Source of the DNA: an uncultured bacterium
GTDB taxonomy: Bacteria; Verrucomicrobiota; Verrucomicrobiia; Verrucomicrobiales; DEV007
Direction: 5' to 3'
NCBI GenBank assembly: GCA_963977015.1
Contig: CAXBMO010000007.1
Span: 96,001 to 160,000, forward strand
Length of the DNA stretch: 64,000 nucleotides
Of the stretch, positions 29,365 through 38,313 are shown piece after piece. The notes under the pieces were generated by a model, which worked only from the letters and a program-made list of their open reading frames with translations, was not told where the DNA came from and did not search any database. A program made the position numbers and the translations under genes. The number at the start of each line of letters is the position of its first letter. Positions within the stretch are counted from its first letter, which is position 1.

Positions 29365-30645
29365 ATGAAAGCCCCTTCAACATCTGACAAACCCTGGTAT
29401 GCAGGGGTTTCCCGCTATCAATGGCTGGTCCTGATCATCGCGTCCCTCGGCTGGGTCTTTGATGTCTACGAAGGCCAGATCTTCAATCTGACCCGGAACA
29501 CGATGTTGAGCGATATCCTCGGCGTGAGTAGCGAGGACCTGGACATCAAGAAGTATGGCGAGATGTTTCTGGGGGTGTTTCTTCTTGGCGGAACCTTTGG
29601 CGGGTTGCTTTTCGGCTCGCTGGCGGATCGCTATGGCCGCGGAAAAATCATGGTGGTGACCATCCTGATGTATTCCGTTTTCTCAGGGCTCACCTATTTT
29701 GCCGATTCACTGGGGCAGGTCGCGATTCTCCGCTTTTTGGTCGCGATGGGAGTCGGAGGCGAATGGGCAGTCGCGGCCGCCTTGGTTGCAGAGGTGTTTC
29801 CGACACGAGCCAGGGCGCAGGCGTCCAGTATTTTCCACGCGTCCAGCGTCGCCGGAACCTGGGCCGCGACGATCGCCGCTCTTATTGTGGGAACCAACTG
29901 GCGTTATGCCTATTTGATCGGGATCATCCCGGCTCTGCTGATCGTCTGGGTTCGCATCACGGTGAAAGAGCCCGAGCAGTGGAAGCAAAACGCCAAGAAT
30001 GAAGAAAAGCACGGAAGCATTTGGGAGCTGATCTCCAATCCGCAATGGAACAAGAACGCGTTTTTGGGTCTGGGGCTCGCCGCGGTCGGCCTGGGCACGT
30101 TTTGGGCGGTCGTGGTCGGCGGCCAACAGCTCGCCCGGGAGATTCTGGTGGATTCTGGATTCACGCCTATCGAGGTGCAAAAGAAAGCGCAAGTCGCCTA
30201 CGGAATCGTTCAAACCATTGGCGGGGGAATCGGCCTCCTCATGTTCGGCCCCATCAGTGCGCGGCTCGGGAGAAAAAAGACCTTCATCTGGTGGCACATC
30301 CTCGCCTTCATCATGGTCCCGATTACCTGCTATCTCCCCCAAACCTACGGCCAACTGCTCTTCATCCTGCCGATCTTCGGATTCTTTACCCTGGGGATGC
30401 ACGCCGGATACGCGGTCTACTTTCCTGAGTTGTTTCCGACCCGATTGCGAGCCACGGGAACCAGTTTTTGCTTCAATGGCGGGCGCATCGCGGCTGTGCC
30501 GGTCCTGTTCTTCTCCGGTTGGCTCAAATCCCACCCCGACATTGGATTGCCCTCGGCCCTCTTCGGTTTAAGCCTGCTTTTCTTTGTCGGAGCGCTACTT
30601 ATGATGTTTTTGCCAGAGACAAAAGGCCAGGATCTGCCAGACTAG
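29365..30645 (+). CDS. MFS transporter
   Basis: GSLADRYGR motif A, GVGGEW, ELFPTRLR, PETKG. Confidence 0.93.
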   Translation: MKAPSTSDKPWYAGVSRYQWLVLIIASLGWVFDVYEGQIFNLTRNTMLSDILGVSSEDLDIKKYGEMFLGVFLLGGTFGGLLFGSLADRYGRGKIMVVTILMYSVFSGLTYFADSLGQVAILRFLVAMGVGGEWAVAAALVAEVFPTRARAQASSIFHASSVAGTWAATIAALIVGTNWRYAYLIGIIPALLIVWVRITVKEPEQWKQNAKNEEKHGSIWELISNPQWNKNAFLGLGLAAVGLGTFWAVVVGGQQLAREILVDSGFTPIEVQKKAQVAYGIVQTIGGGIGLLMFGPISARLGRKKTFIWWHILAFIMVPITCYLPQTYGQLLFILPIFGFFTLGMHAGYAVYFPELFPTRLRATGTSFCFNGGRIAAVPVLFFSGWLKSHPDIGLPSALFGLSLLFFVGALLMMFLPETKGQDLPD

Positions 30646-30653
30646 CAACTTTT

Positions 30654-31508
30654 TTGAGCGTTCCCACACTGGTTGCCGTCTGTCTGGTTCTGTCACTCTC
30701 TGGATTCGTCCAGGGTCTGTCAGGATTCGGCTTTGCCATTGTTGCCATGGCCATCCTGCCCTGGCTGACCGGCGATTTTCAGACGTCCTTCACCCTCGTG
30801 GCCCTGAATTCGATCATTATTCCGGGCCTCATCATGTTCAACACGCGCCGGGAATTCAAATTCCGCCCCGCGGTGGCTCTCGCGATTGCCGCGGTATTCG
30901 GAACCTTTCTCGGCTTTCACTTCATGAATCGCAATGTGGAAGGCGCGATCTTCATTCGTTTCTTCGGCGCCGTTTTGATCCTGTTCACCGTTGTCGATAT
31001 CATTTTAACCCGCGCCTTTCGCTACACGATGCCAAAATGGATGGCTTGGCCCTGTGGGATGCTTGGAGGCTTTTTTGGAGGTGCCTTCAACATCGGCGGC
31101 CCTCCGATGGTCGCCTATGTTTACTCACAGCCTTGGTCCAAACAGCAGACGGTCGCAACGCTTCAAGCCGCCTTCATCGCCGCAACGGGTTATCGAATTT
31201 GTTTGATGGGTTTCAACGGATACTTCGATCGATCCGTCTTTCACCTGACCCTCTATACCGTAATCCCTACCGCAATCGGCATCTATGTTGGCGGAAAGCT
31301 TCTGGACCGGGTCAACCGCGACCGCCTCAAGATGGCGGTCTTCGTCTTTGTCGGGATTCTGGGGTTCAAATACCTTTTCTATCCCCCGGAGGAATCGGCT
31401 AAGGAGCCACCACCTCAAACAATTCAATCTCAAAAAGCAGGTCCTGATTCGGCCCAATCTTTGGAGGAGAACCTTTCTGACCATACGCCAGCCGCGAAGG
31501 AATTTTGA
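30654..31508 (+). CDS. TSUP/TauE-SafE family sulfur-compound exporter
   Basis: GFVQGLSGFGF and GFFGGAFNIGGPP repeats; TTG start at 30654 inferred. Confidence 0.85.
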   Translation: MSVPTLVAVCLVLSLSGFVQGLSGFGFAIVAMAILPWLTGDFQTSFTLVALNSIIIPGLIMFNTRREFKFRPAVALAIAAVFGTFLGFHFMNRNVEGAIFIRFFGAVLILFTVVDIILTRAFRYTMPKWMAWPCGMLGGFFGGAFNIGGPPMVAYVYSQPWSKQQTVATLQAAFIAATGYRICLMGFNGYFDRSVFHLTLYTVIPTAIGIYVGGKLLDRVNRDRLKMAVFVFVGILGFKYLFYPPEESAKEPPPQTIQSQKAGPDSAQSLEENLSDHTPAAKEF

Positions 31509-31875
31509 AGCGGTATTTGGCACCTTCGCGCATCAATTGCACACCTTCCGTCCAACCGGGAATCACACTGTTAAGCCCGAACACAATCGTTTCTCCACGA
31601 TTGACACTGCTGTCAAAAACCTCGCCACCGGGCAAGTAGCCGTGATAGTGAACGCGAACACGGTCCGTCCGAGACGGCTTTTTCCCCGTTCCCTTTCTCA
31701 AAACCTCGTATTGAAGACCTGACGCGGTCGTGTAAACGCCGCCGACCTGCGCCTCGGAAGCTTCAGCTGTAGGCGCGGGAGTCCACTCCCGTTGTTCGAC
31801 AATTTCATCGCTCGAACAAGATGCGAAAAACAAGGACGAAAGAAAAAGGAAGAGTGAGGGAGCAATTCGATTCAT
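31399..31875 (-). CDS. FKBP-type peptidyl-prolyl isomerase, probable lipoprotein
   Basis: TASGLQYEVL, VHYHG, FDSS, VIPGWTEG, LAYG, FEIEL; lipobox FASC. Confidence 0.93.
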   Translation of the reverse strand: MNRIAPSLFLFLSSLFFASCSSDEIVEQREWTPAPTAEASEAQVGGVYTTASGLQYEVLRKGTGKKPSRTDRVRVHYHGYLPGGEVFDSSVNRGETIVFGLNSVIPGWTEGVQLMREGAKYRFKIPSRLAYGQKGSPPKIGPNQDLLFEIELFEVVAP

Positions 31876-32020
31876 CGGGATCCGGTAAGGTAAACTTTGG
31901 ACGAATTCGACTGAAAGTTGCCGCCTTTTGATCAAAATTGATTGGGCAACGATTCAAATTTAACGAACACCGATCCAATTTTAATGAGGGTGATCGCAGA
32001 GTTGGTCCTTCGTTTTCTCC

Positions 32021-33262
32021 CTAGGGCTTTCCCAGGCAATAGAGCCACTCTTGCCGCGTCTCGCCCTCATACTTCGCGACACGATGATAGATTCGGCTAT
32101 CGCAGATGGAAGGCGTGGCAAAGGCCTCGTCTCCCAATTGGTTGGTCGCCACCAACTCGAACTTTGCAGGTGATGCACGAATCACAAAGGTCTGGCCACG
32201 CTCGTTCGTCGCGAAAATCAGATCGTTGGCGAGAACCGGTGATGCGCTTACCGGGCCACCCACTCTTTCTTTCCACATTTCGCGTCCGTCGGTCGCCCGC
32301 CAACACATGGCAATCCCCCCATCGTTGAGGCCGTAGACGTGCCCATCATGGGCAAGCAGCGATTGTTCATAGCATTTCTCCTTATTTTTCCAAGCCACGC
32401 GCCGGGATCCATCCGCCAAGACCGCGATCGTTTCCTTGGTCGGGAAACCTCCACTGGCGTAAACCTGAGTCGCGGTCCAAACCATGGTTCCGGCCGTTGC
32501 CGAGGTCCCCCCGTCAACCTGCCAAACAACCTGCCCGGTTATCGGATCATAGCTGGTGATCTTTTCCGCACCACTCATCAGTAATTGTTCCTGATCAGCG
32601 ACCGTTGCCACAACCGGCGACGAATAGCTGGTTGCCTGATCCCGAGGTGACCGCCAAACCCCCAATCCATTTTCCACGGAGAACGCGGCGAGAAACCCGC
32701 CTTCTGCAAACTCCGATGCCACAATCACCTTGTCGCCGTGGACCAGCGGCGAAGCCGCATATCCGAACTGATAACGCGGTCGAAAACTTCCCGCCTGCTT
32801 TTGCCATCGCTTCTTTCCGTCCATTCCCAGCGAAGTGAGATAAATCATTCCATCGTTGTAAAACACCACAAAAATGCTGGATCCATCAGTCGCCGCAGTC
32901 GGAGAAGCATGGGTGTTTTTCTTGTGGATTTTGGGCAACTCGAGGACGCGATGGACCACGGTATTCCACTTCTCCTCACCAGTGTTGCGATCAAAACACA
33001 CCACCGATTGGGTCTGGTTCTCCTCATCTGCAGTCGTGAGGATCACCGAATCTCCAATGATCGTGGGGCTGGAGTGACCTCGTCCCGGCACCTTGGCCTT
33101 CCAAATGACGTTTTTATCGTCGCTCCAACTCGTCGGTGGGTTCTGCCCGGATGCGGCAATTCCATTTCCGTAGGGACCTCTCCAGGCCGGCCAATTTTCA
33201 GCTTGAGCGGAAGACAGGCCCCAAAGAAGACCCAATGTGATCCAAAGGTGAGGTTTCGTCAT
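32021..33262 (-). CDS. PQQ-like beta-propeller protein, secreted
   Basis: NWPAWRGP, GRGHSSP, SYSSP, FATPSI; signal peptide. Confidence 0.9.
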   Translation of the reverse strand: MTKPHLWITLGLLWGLSSAQAENWPAWRGPYGNGIAASGQNPPTSWSDDKNVIWKAKVPGRGHSSPTIIGDSVILTTADEENQTQSVVCFDRNTGEEKWNTVVHRVLELPKIHKKNTHASPTAATDGSSIFVVFYNDGMIYLTSLGMDGKKRWQKQAGSFRPRYQFGYAASPLVHGDKVIVASEFAEGGFLAAFSVENGLGVWRSPRDQATSYSSPVVATVADQEQLLMSGAEKITSYDPITGQVVWQVDGGTSATAGTMVWTATQVYASGGFPTKETIAVLADGSRRVAWKNKEKCYEQSLLAHDGHVYGLNDGGIAMCWRATDGREMWKERVGGPVSASPVLANDLIFATNERGQTFVIRASPAKFELVATNQLGDEAFATPSICDSRIYHRVAKYEGETRQEWLYCLGKP

Positions 33263-34191
33263 GAGATATGGGAAGTCCGTTTCCCATACAATTCGTCACA
33301 CCGTTCGTCCAGCGGGCAGCGTTGACAAAGAATCGGAATGGAAGTCTGCCGAATTTCCATGCCCGGTTCATACTCTGTCACCATCAACTCGGCGACATAG
33401 CGGACAAACTCTTCGCTCTTGGGAAACGTCGCCTCGAGATCTTTTGACGGGAGATGGCGGATTTCAGGCTCAGGCTGCACGTAGACCAACACTCCGCGAA
33501 CTGGTCGCCCCGTGCGACGCTGAAGCAGCCAAGCGTAACAGGCGAGCTGATGGAGGTCGGATGGAAACTCGGCCGAAGTCTTACACTTGAAGTCAAAAAG
33601 GATGAACTCCTCCGCAACCGGGTCAAACCACAGCCCGTCGTAGTTTCCGGTAATCTGAATCTGCAAGCCGTTGATCTCGACAGACTCCTTCACAACGCCT
33701 TCCGGGGGCAAAAAGAGACGCGTTCTCGCGGGGAGTTCTCTTGCTCCGATGATCAATTCTGCGCACATTCTTGCCAATTCACCGATTCCCTGGCTCATCG
33801 CCTCGATTTGCTCTTGAGGGTTGTTTCCAAGGTTGCTCGCGAACTCCTGAAGGGCCGGACTCATATAGGTCTGCGCAAAAATCCGCCAAAGCTCCGTATG
33901 CAAATCATTGGGATCACTCCACGACGCCTCAACCACTCGCTTGAGTTCCGGATTTGGAGGGCGAATCCCCGCCCCTTCAACATCCGCCAAGTCTTCCAAA
34001 ATGCGGTTGACGATCTGGCCATGAAAGAGGTTCCCATTGACGACATGCCCCCCAGCGGGAGCCACCTTGACATCGCCTCTCGGAAGCCTGGCCTTATGAA
34101 ATGCGAGCCTCGGGCACAAGCTGGCGAATCGGAGAAGACCGCCGGACATCGAGACGACCTTTCGTCCATCCATCTCCGAATCAGTTGCCAT
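33259..34191 (-). CDS. PD-(D/E)XK nuclease, RecB/AddB/Cas4-like, with predicted Fe-S cluster
   Basis: N-terminal CPR, GNLFH, GNYDGL...FDFK, QLACY, C-terminal CQRCPLDERC. Confidence 0.85.
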   Translation of the reverse strand: MATDSEMDGRKVVSMSGGLLRFASLCPRLAFHKARLPRGDVKVAPAGGHVVNGNLFHGQIVNRILEDLADVEGAGIRPPNPELKRVVEASWSDPNDLHTELWRIFAQTYMSPALQEFASNLGNNPQEQIEAMSQGIGELARMCAELIIGARELPARTRLFLPPEGVVKESVEINGLQIQITGNYDGLWFDPVAEEFILFDFKCKTSAEFPSDLHQLACYAWLLQRRTGRPVRGVLVYVQPEPEIRHLPSKDLEATFPKSEEFVRYVAELMVTEYEPGMEIRQTSIPILCQRCPLDERCDELYGKRTSHIS

Positions 34192-36121
34192 CGCTCGTTA
34201 GCGAAAACGTTTGATTATCCCCCACTTCAACGATGCGCTCCGGAGCACTGCGCAACGTTGCCAAGAGCGTCTCATCACTGACGTGGAGATGCGGAGCACG
34301 TTGCTTTAAATGCTGGGCGATCGATGCAAAATCCAGAAAGTAAGGCTCCTGATTAAGGATATCGACGACGAATTCCAACAAGAGATCGGGATCGGAGTTC
34401 AGCTCGATCTGGGCAAGTAAACGATTCCCGAGCCGGGGATGAAAGGCCTCGCGCAGGAAGCGCTGATAATCCTCAATCGAAAGAATCTGCAACTGGTCAT
34501 CAGCGCCCAAAAAAGTCCAATCGCCAGCTTCAATCGCGTTCTTGGTCGTCTCGAGAGCTTCAAATTCGGCATGCCATCGATAGGGAAATTCAAGATAGAC
34601 TCCGCCGGCTTGCTCAAAATCCTTCTTCGCGTTCTTCCTGGCCTCGATCGGATTCCGTTCGTCTCGCAAAAACACGATGAGATCGAGTTCGCCTGCTCGC
34701 TTGGCTTTTCCTGTCAGAGTTTTAAACAAGCTTCCCAACTGCGAGCCGTAGTTTCGCCGATCGCAGGAAATCGTTAAATTCGCGATCCGATTTCCCGGTG
34801 TCGTGATCGACGTTTCAAGGCTTCCTCCTTTGTCCTCGCCCGCGCTTTTGGTAAGGACTTCCCTTCGAACTTGAAATCCCCCCGGCAATCTGGGCCGCGA
34901 ATCGAGATACTCACCCAACCCGCTAATCAGCAGTTCGGGACGGCAGGCGGTTTTTTCAGCCGCCGCGAGGAGTCGGCTCAGCTCCCGCGAATAGAAGTCA
35001 TAAATCTTCTCCAACGGATTCCCTTCCTTCACGTCAGGCCCGATGTGGCGCCCGGCTTCCATCAACACTTTGCGCGGCACATTGATCTCAGCTTCCAAGT
35101 CTGCGAGAGCGGCATCAATTCGCAATTCGCGATGGGGATCCTTGTCAGCTCCCGCCCACTCCATGCGAACCCGAATCAGATCCCGGGCCTGAGACTTGTT
35201 GCAGCCATCAATCTGAAACCGGTTGGCAAAAAGTCGCTGCCAAACGTGCTCATCCATTTGGTGCGCAGCCTTATCGGCGAAATCCGGTCGGGTAAAGCAA
35301 ATGGGAAGGGCCTGGCGAACCTCATTGACGATATTCGTAAACATCGTGCCGAACTCACGCTGCTGTTCCGGTGTCGAGAGGTTTTCCAATTGGTCAAAAC
35401 AGAGCACGAGTGGCCAATCGGCTTCACCAAAAGCTTTACCGAACGCGACCAACAACTCGAAGGCACGGACCTCAGCCGCTTCAGCGGATTCCTGAGCTTC
35501 CATCGCTGGAATATTCAGGACCTCGCACTCATGACGCTCGAGATACAATCCGGAAAGAAACCTCACAACCTCGGTCTTCACCGAGGGATCCCAAGAGCGA
35601 AAGAGAACTTCGACAAAGTCTCGCTCCACCGGGCTGAAAAAATCCTCCTGCAACAAGTTGGTTTTGACGATCGCCGCTTCTTTCGCCCGTCTTGCGTTCT
35701 TCAGGTACTCAGCCAGGCCAAGTGCACCGATCTTCACGCCTCTGCGTTCCAGAATTCGACGCAGCAAGGTCGCTAACTGCGAATCCCCGCCTTCGTTCAC
35801 CAACCGGGTGCGCTGGAGATCGGCAACCAGGGTATCCAGCAGCTTCCGATTCATCCGCTTGGGTTCCCTGATCGGGTAGACATAGGCACAGGCAAAATCC
35901 TGGGGAGACTTCAGCACCCTCCGAATCATGTGGGTTTTACCACTTCCCGTTCCGCCAAACACCGTCGCGCTCAAATTCACATTGGGGCTAACCTGCTCAA
36001 TCAATCGCGCCAACCCGTCAAAACACTCCTGGTTGATCGCCGATAAATCCGGAGTATCCGCGGCCCATGGATTGCCGACAATCACATCGGAAAACGGTGC
36101 TGGAACTTGAGGTTTGGTCAT
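34181..36121 (-). CDS. P-loop AAA+-like ATPase with C-terminal winged-helix-like domain
   Basis: Walker A GGTGSGKT, Walker B LVLCFDQLE, PRKVL sensor-2-like motif. Confidence 0.85.
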   Translation of the reverse strand: MTKPQVPAPFSDVIVGNPWAADTPDLSAINQECFDGLARLIEQVSPNVNLSATVFGGTGSGKTHMIRRVLKSPQDFACAYVYPIREPKRMNRKLLDTLVADLQRTRLVNEGGDSQLATLLRRILERRGVKIGALGLAEYLKNARRAKEAAIVKTNLLQEDFFSPVERDFVEVLFRSWDPSVKTEVVRFLSGLYLERHECEVLNIPAMEAQESAEAAEVRAFELLVAFGKAFGEADWPLVLCFDQLENLSTPEQQREFGTMFTNIVNEVRQALPICFTRPDFADKAAHQMDEHVWQRLFANRFQIDGCNKSQARDLIRVRMEWAGADKDPHRELRIDAALADLEAEINVPRKVLMEAGRHIGPDVKEGNPLEKIYDFYSRELSRLLAAAEKTACRPELLISGLGEYLDSRPRLPGGFQVRREVLTKSAGEDKGGSLETSITTPGNRIANLTISCDRRNYGSQLGSLFKTLTGKAKRAGELDLIVFLRDERNPIEARKNAKKDFEQAGGVYLEFPYRWHAEFEALETTKNAIEAGDWTFLGADDQLQILSIEDYQRFLREAFHPRLGNRLLAQIELNSDPDLLLEFVVDILNQEPYFLDFASIAQHLKQRAPHLHVSDETLLATLRSAPERIVEVGDNQTFSLTSDGN

Positions 36122-36147
36122 GGTTTAAAAAATGAGTCGGCGGGCTT

Positions 36148-36717
36148 TTAGGTTCTCCATAAAATACTGAAATAGAGCTGCCCATCCTGAAACAGGGAGT
36201 CTTTTTGCTTGTCCGCGCTGAAGTCGCGCGGATCTCCTCCCACAAATTGAAACGGAGGATTCTTCTCCGAACTCAACTCCTTGAGAAACTGATCGAACCG
36301 CTTTCGCTCCCACTTTAATTCGCGGCGAATCTTGAAAATGTTCACCGCTCCGCTCGGATGATGGGGAAGAAACTTGCGATACGCCTTTTTCAACGATGCC
36401 AACTCGCTCCCGCCGGCAGCAAGCGGTTTCGTCATTCCTCGCGCCGCACGCAAATAGTCGGGATGGCGAAGTCTCGGAGCAACCTGCTGCCCCTTAGGCG
36501 GTTCGACAACGTCCAATCCTTGGGACCAAAGATCGTATGCAAATTCTTTCACGTTCTGTGACATCTTGGACGTAACAAAACGCTTTCCCAAATGTGCTTT
36601 CATTCCTTCCCTCAAGCTTTTTCGGCACTTCTGCCCGGCTTGTGCATAGGTGAGACTGCCATTGCGGGTATTTTTCCGCAACATTTCTAGAAACTCCTTC
36701 CGCAACTCGTCATTCAT
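36148..36717 (-). CDS. Basic hypothetical protein, probable winged-helix DNA-binding protein
   Basis: Lys/Arg-rich; VNIFKIRRELKWERKRFDQFLKEL helix-turn-helix-like segment followed by beta-hairpin-like segments. Confidence 0.7.
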   Translation of the reverse strand: MNDELRKEFLEMLRKNTRNGSLTYAQAGQKCRKSLREGMKAHLGKRFVTSKMSQNVKEFAYDLWSQGLDVVEPPKGQQVAPRLRHPDYLRAARGMTKPLAAGGSELASLKKAYRKFLPHHPSGAVNIFKIRRELKWERKRFDQFLKELSSEKNPPFQFVGGDPRDFSADKQKDSLFQDGQLYFSILWRT

Positions 36718-36768
36718 CGCAAAACCCGATCGCAGGAACGCTGTTCAAAAGTCCGCCGCAATCAGAAA

Positions 36769-36796
36769 TCGCTAAGACACTTGGATCGATTGTCAA
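36769..36796 (-). promoter_or_regulatory. Possible promoter of the wHTH-ATPase-nuclease operon
   Basis: TTGACA-N16-TAGCGA on the - strand; weak -10. Confidence 0.3.
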
Positions 36797-36827
36797 CGTC
36801 TGACTGGGAAGGAAACATCGTTCAGAA

Positions 36828-38237
36828 TCAGTTCTCCGGTCCCTCTCCTGAACTTTGCAAGAGAGGATCCCCCTGATTCTGCCGCCAGGAATTGAGCCGG
36901 GTTTCAAGGTGCTGACGGATTTCGAGGGCTTGGGGTGAATCGGCGAGATTGCGGGTTTCCCAAGGGTCGGACTTCAAATCAAAGAGCTGCGTTTTGTCGG
37001 CCAGCGGATACACGATCAGCTTCCAGCCATCGCTGCGGATCATCCGCTGAGAGTCGCGAAAGTAGCCGAAAATCTCTTCCCGAAGCGGTTCATCACCTCG
37101 ACGCAATGAGGCTGCGAAACTTTTCGCCGTCACCGCCCCAGGAATCGGGACGCCCGCCAGTTCACACGTCGTCGGATAGAGATCACGAAGATAGACTTGA
37201 GCCAGGCTTCTGGCATGGGCCTTGATCTCGGGCCCTGCGATGACAAGAGGCACATTGACGGTGTGTTCATACATGTTCTGTTTTCCGCGAAGTCCATGGC
37301 TCCCCACGGCCATTCCATGATCGCTGGCGAAGATCACCACGGTGTTTTCTCGTTGGCCCGATTCATCCAACACCTTCAATATCCGGCCGACCTGGGCATC
37401 CAGATAACTGATCACGGCATAGTAAACTCGAAGCACGTCTCGGGTTGCCGCTTCCGTTCGGGGAAACGCCATGAGTGATTCATCGCGTCCCGAGAAGTTG
37501 CCGTGATCAAATGGGTGCTCGGGGAGGAAATTGGGCGGGATTTCCATTTCGTCCGCGCGGTAGAGAGTTTCCATCCCGGGCGGGAGAAACAAGGGATCGT
37601 GAGGCGCGGTGAAATTGACATGCACAAACCAGGGCTTTGGCGATGCAGCTTGGATCGCCTCAATCGCCGCGTCGGCGAATTTCGAGTCGATGTCAGGAGT
37701 TAATCCGACGCCCTTCTCGGGAAACTTTTCGCGGCCATCGTCACTTTGGAAAACCCAACCTCGGTAACCGGTGATGGGGAAACCTTTCCAATCGGTTTGC
37801 CTTTCTTTCCACCATTTCCCTCCCCCACCGGAAAACAGGCCAAAGACTTCGTCGTATCCGCGTTCGGATGGGCGGCCCTTGGTATGCCACTTTCCGACAT
37901 AGCTGGTGCGATACCCGGCGTCTGCGAGCGTTTGCGCCCAAAAAGTGACACCCTCATTGAAGCGATTCGTGATTCCATCAATGCCGTTTTCCCAGCCATG
38001 CATGCCGGTCAGGATTTCGGCACGACTCACGACACAGATGGGATAGGAACAGGTCGCCTGGGTAAAAGTCGTCCCACGTCGAACGAGTTCGTCCAGATTG
38101 GGAGTCTGGATTCGAGAATTCCCGAGTGCCCGGATTGCATCCGGCCGCATATCGTCTGCCAGGAGAAAGAGGATATTGGGTCGTTCGGAACTGATGGCCA
38201 AGGTGGACAACAGGAAGAAAAAGAAAAGGGGTTTCAT
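36828..38237 (-). CDS. Sulfatase (S1 family), secreted
   Basis: PNILFLLADD, CVVSR, GKWH, APHDP, SDHG. Confidence 0.9.
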   Translation of the reverse strand: MKPLFFFFLLSTLAISSERPNILFLLADDMRPDAIRALGNSRIQTPNLDELVRRGTTFTQATCSYPICVVSRAEILTGMHGWENGIDGITNRFNEGVTFWAQTLADAGYRTSYVGKWHTKGRPSERGYDEVFGLFSGGGGKWWKERQTDWKGFPITGYRGWVFQSDDGREKFPEKGVGLTPDIDSKFADAAIEAIQAASPKPWFVHVNFTAPHDPLFLPPGMETLYRADEMEIPPNFLPEHPFDHGNFSGRDESLMAFPRTEAATRDVLRVYYAVISYLDAQVGRILKVLDESGQRENTVVIFASDHGMAVGSHGLRGKQNMYEHTVNVPLVIAGPEIKAHARSLAQVYLRDLYPTTCELAGVPIPGAVTAKSFAASLRRGDEPLREEIFGYFRDSQRMIRSDGWKLIVYPLADKTQLFDLKSDPWETRNLADSPQALEIRQHLETRLNSWRQNQGDPLLQSSGEGPEN

Positions 38238-38313
38238 GAGATTCGCGATCGAGTAGCCATTCTTTGCCCTAGACCATCCAAGCATGACGTTCTAAGAAGC
38301 AGAAGCCAAAAAT

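Noticed and set aside
33259-34191. Nuclease as part of a CRISPR-Cas locus
   Set aside because: No repeat-spacer array or other cas genes seen in the window
33259-36800. Triad as a mobile element
   Set aside because: No integrase, transposase, tRNA target or flanking direct/inverted repeats found by eye
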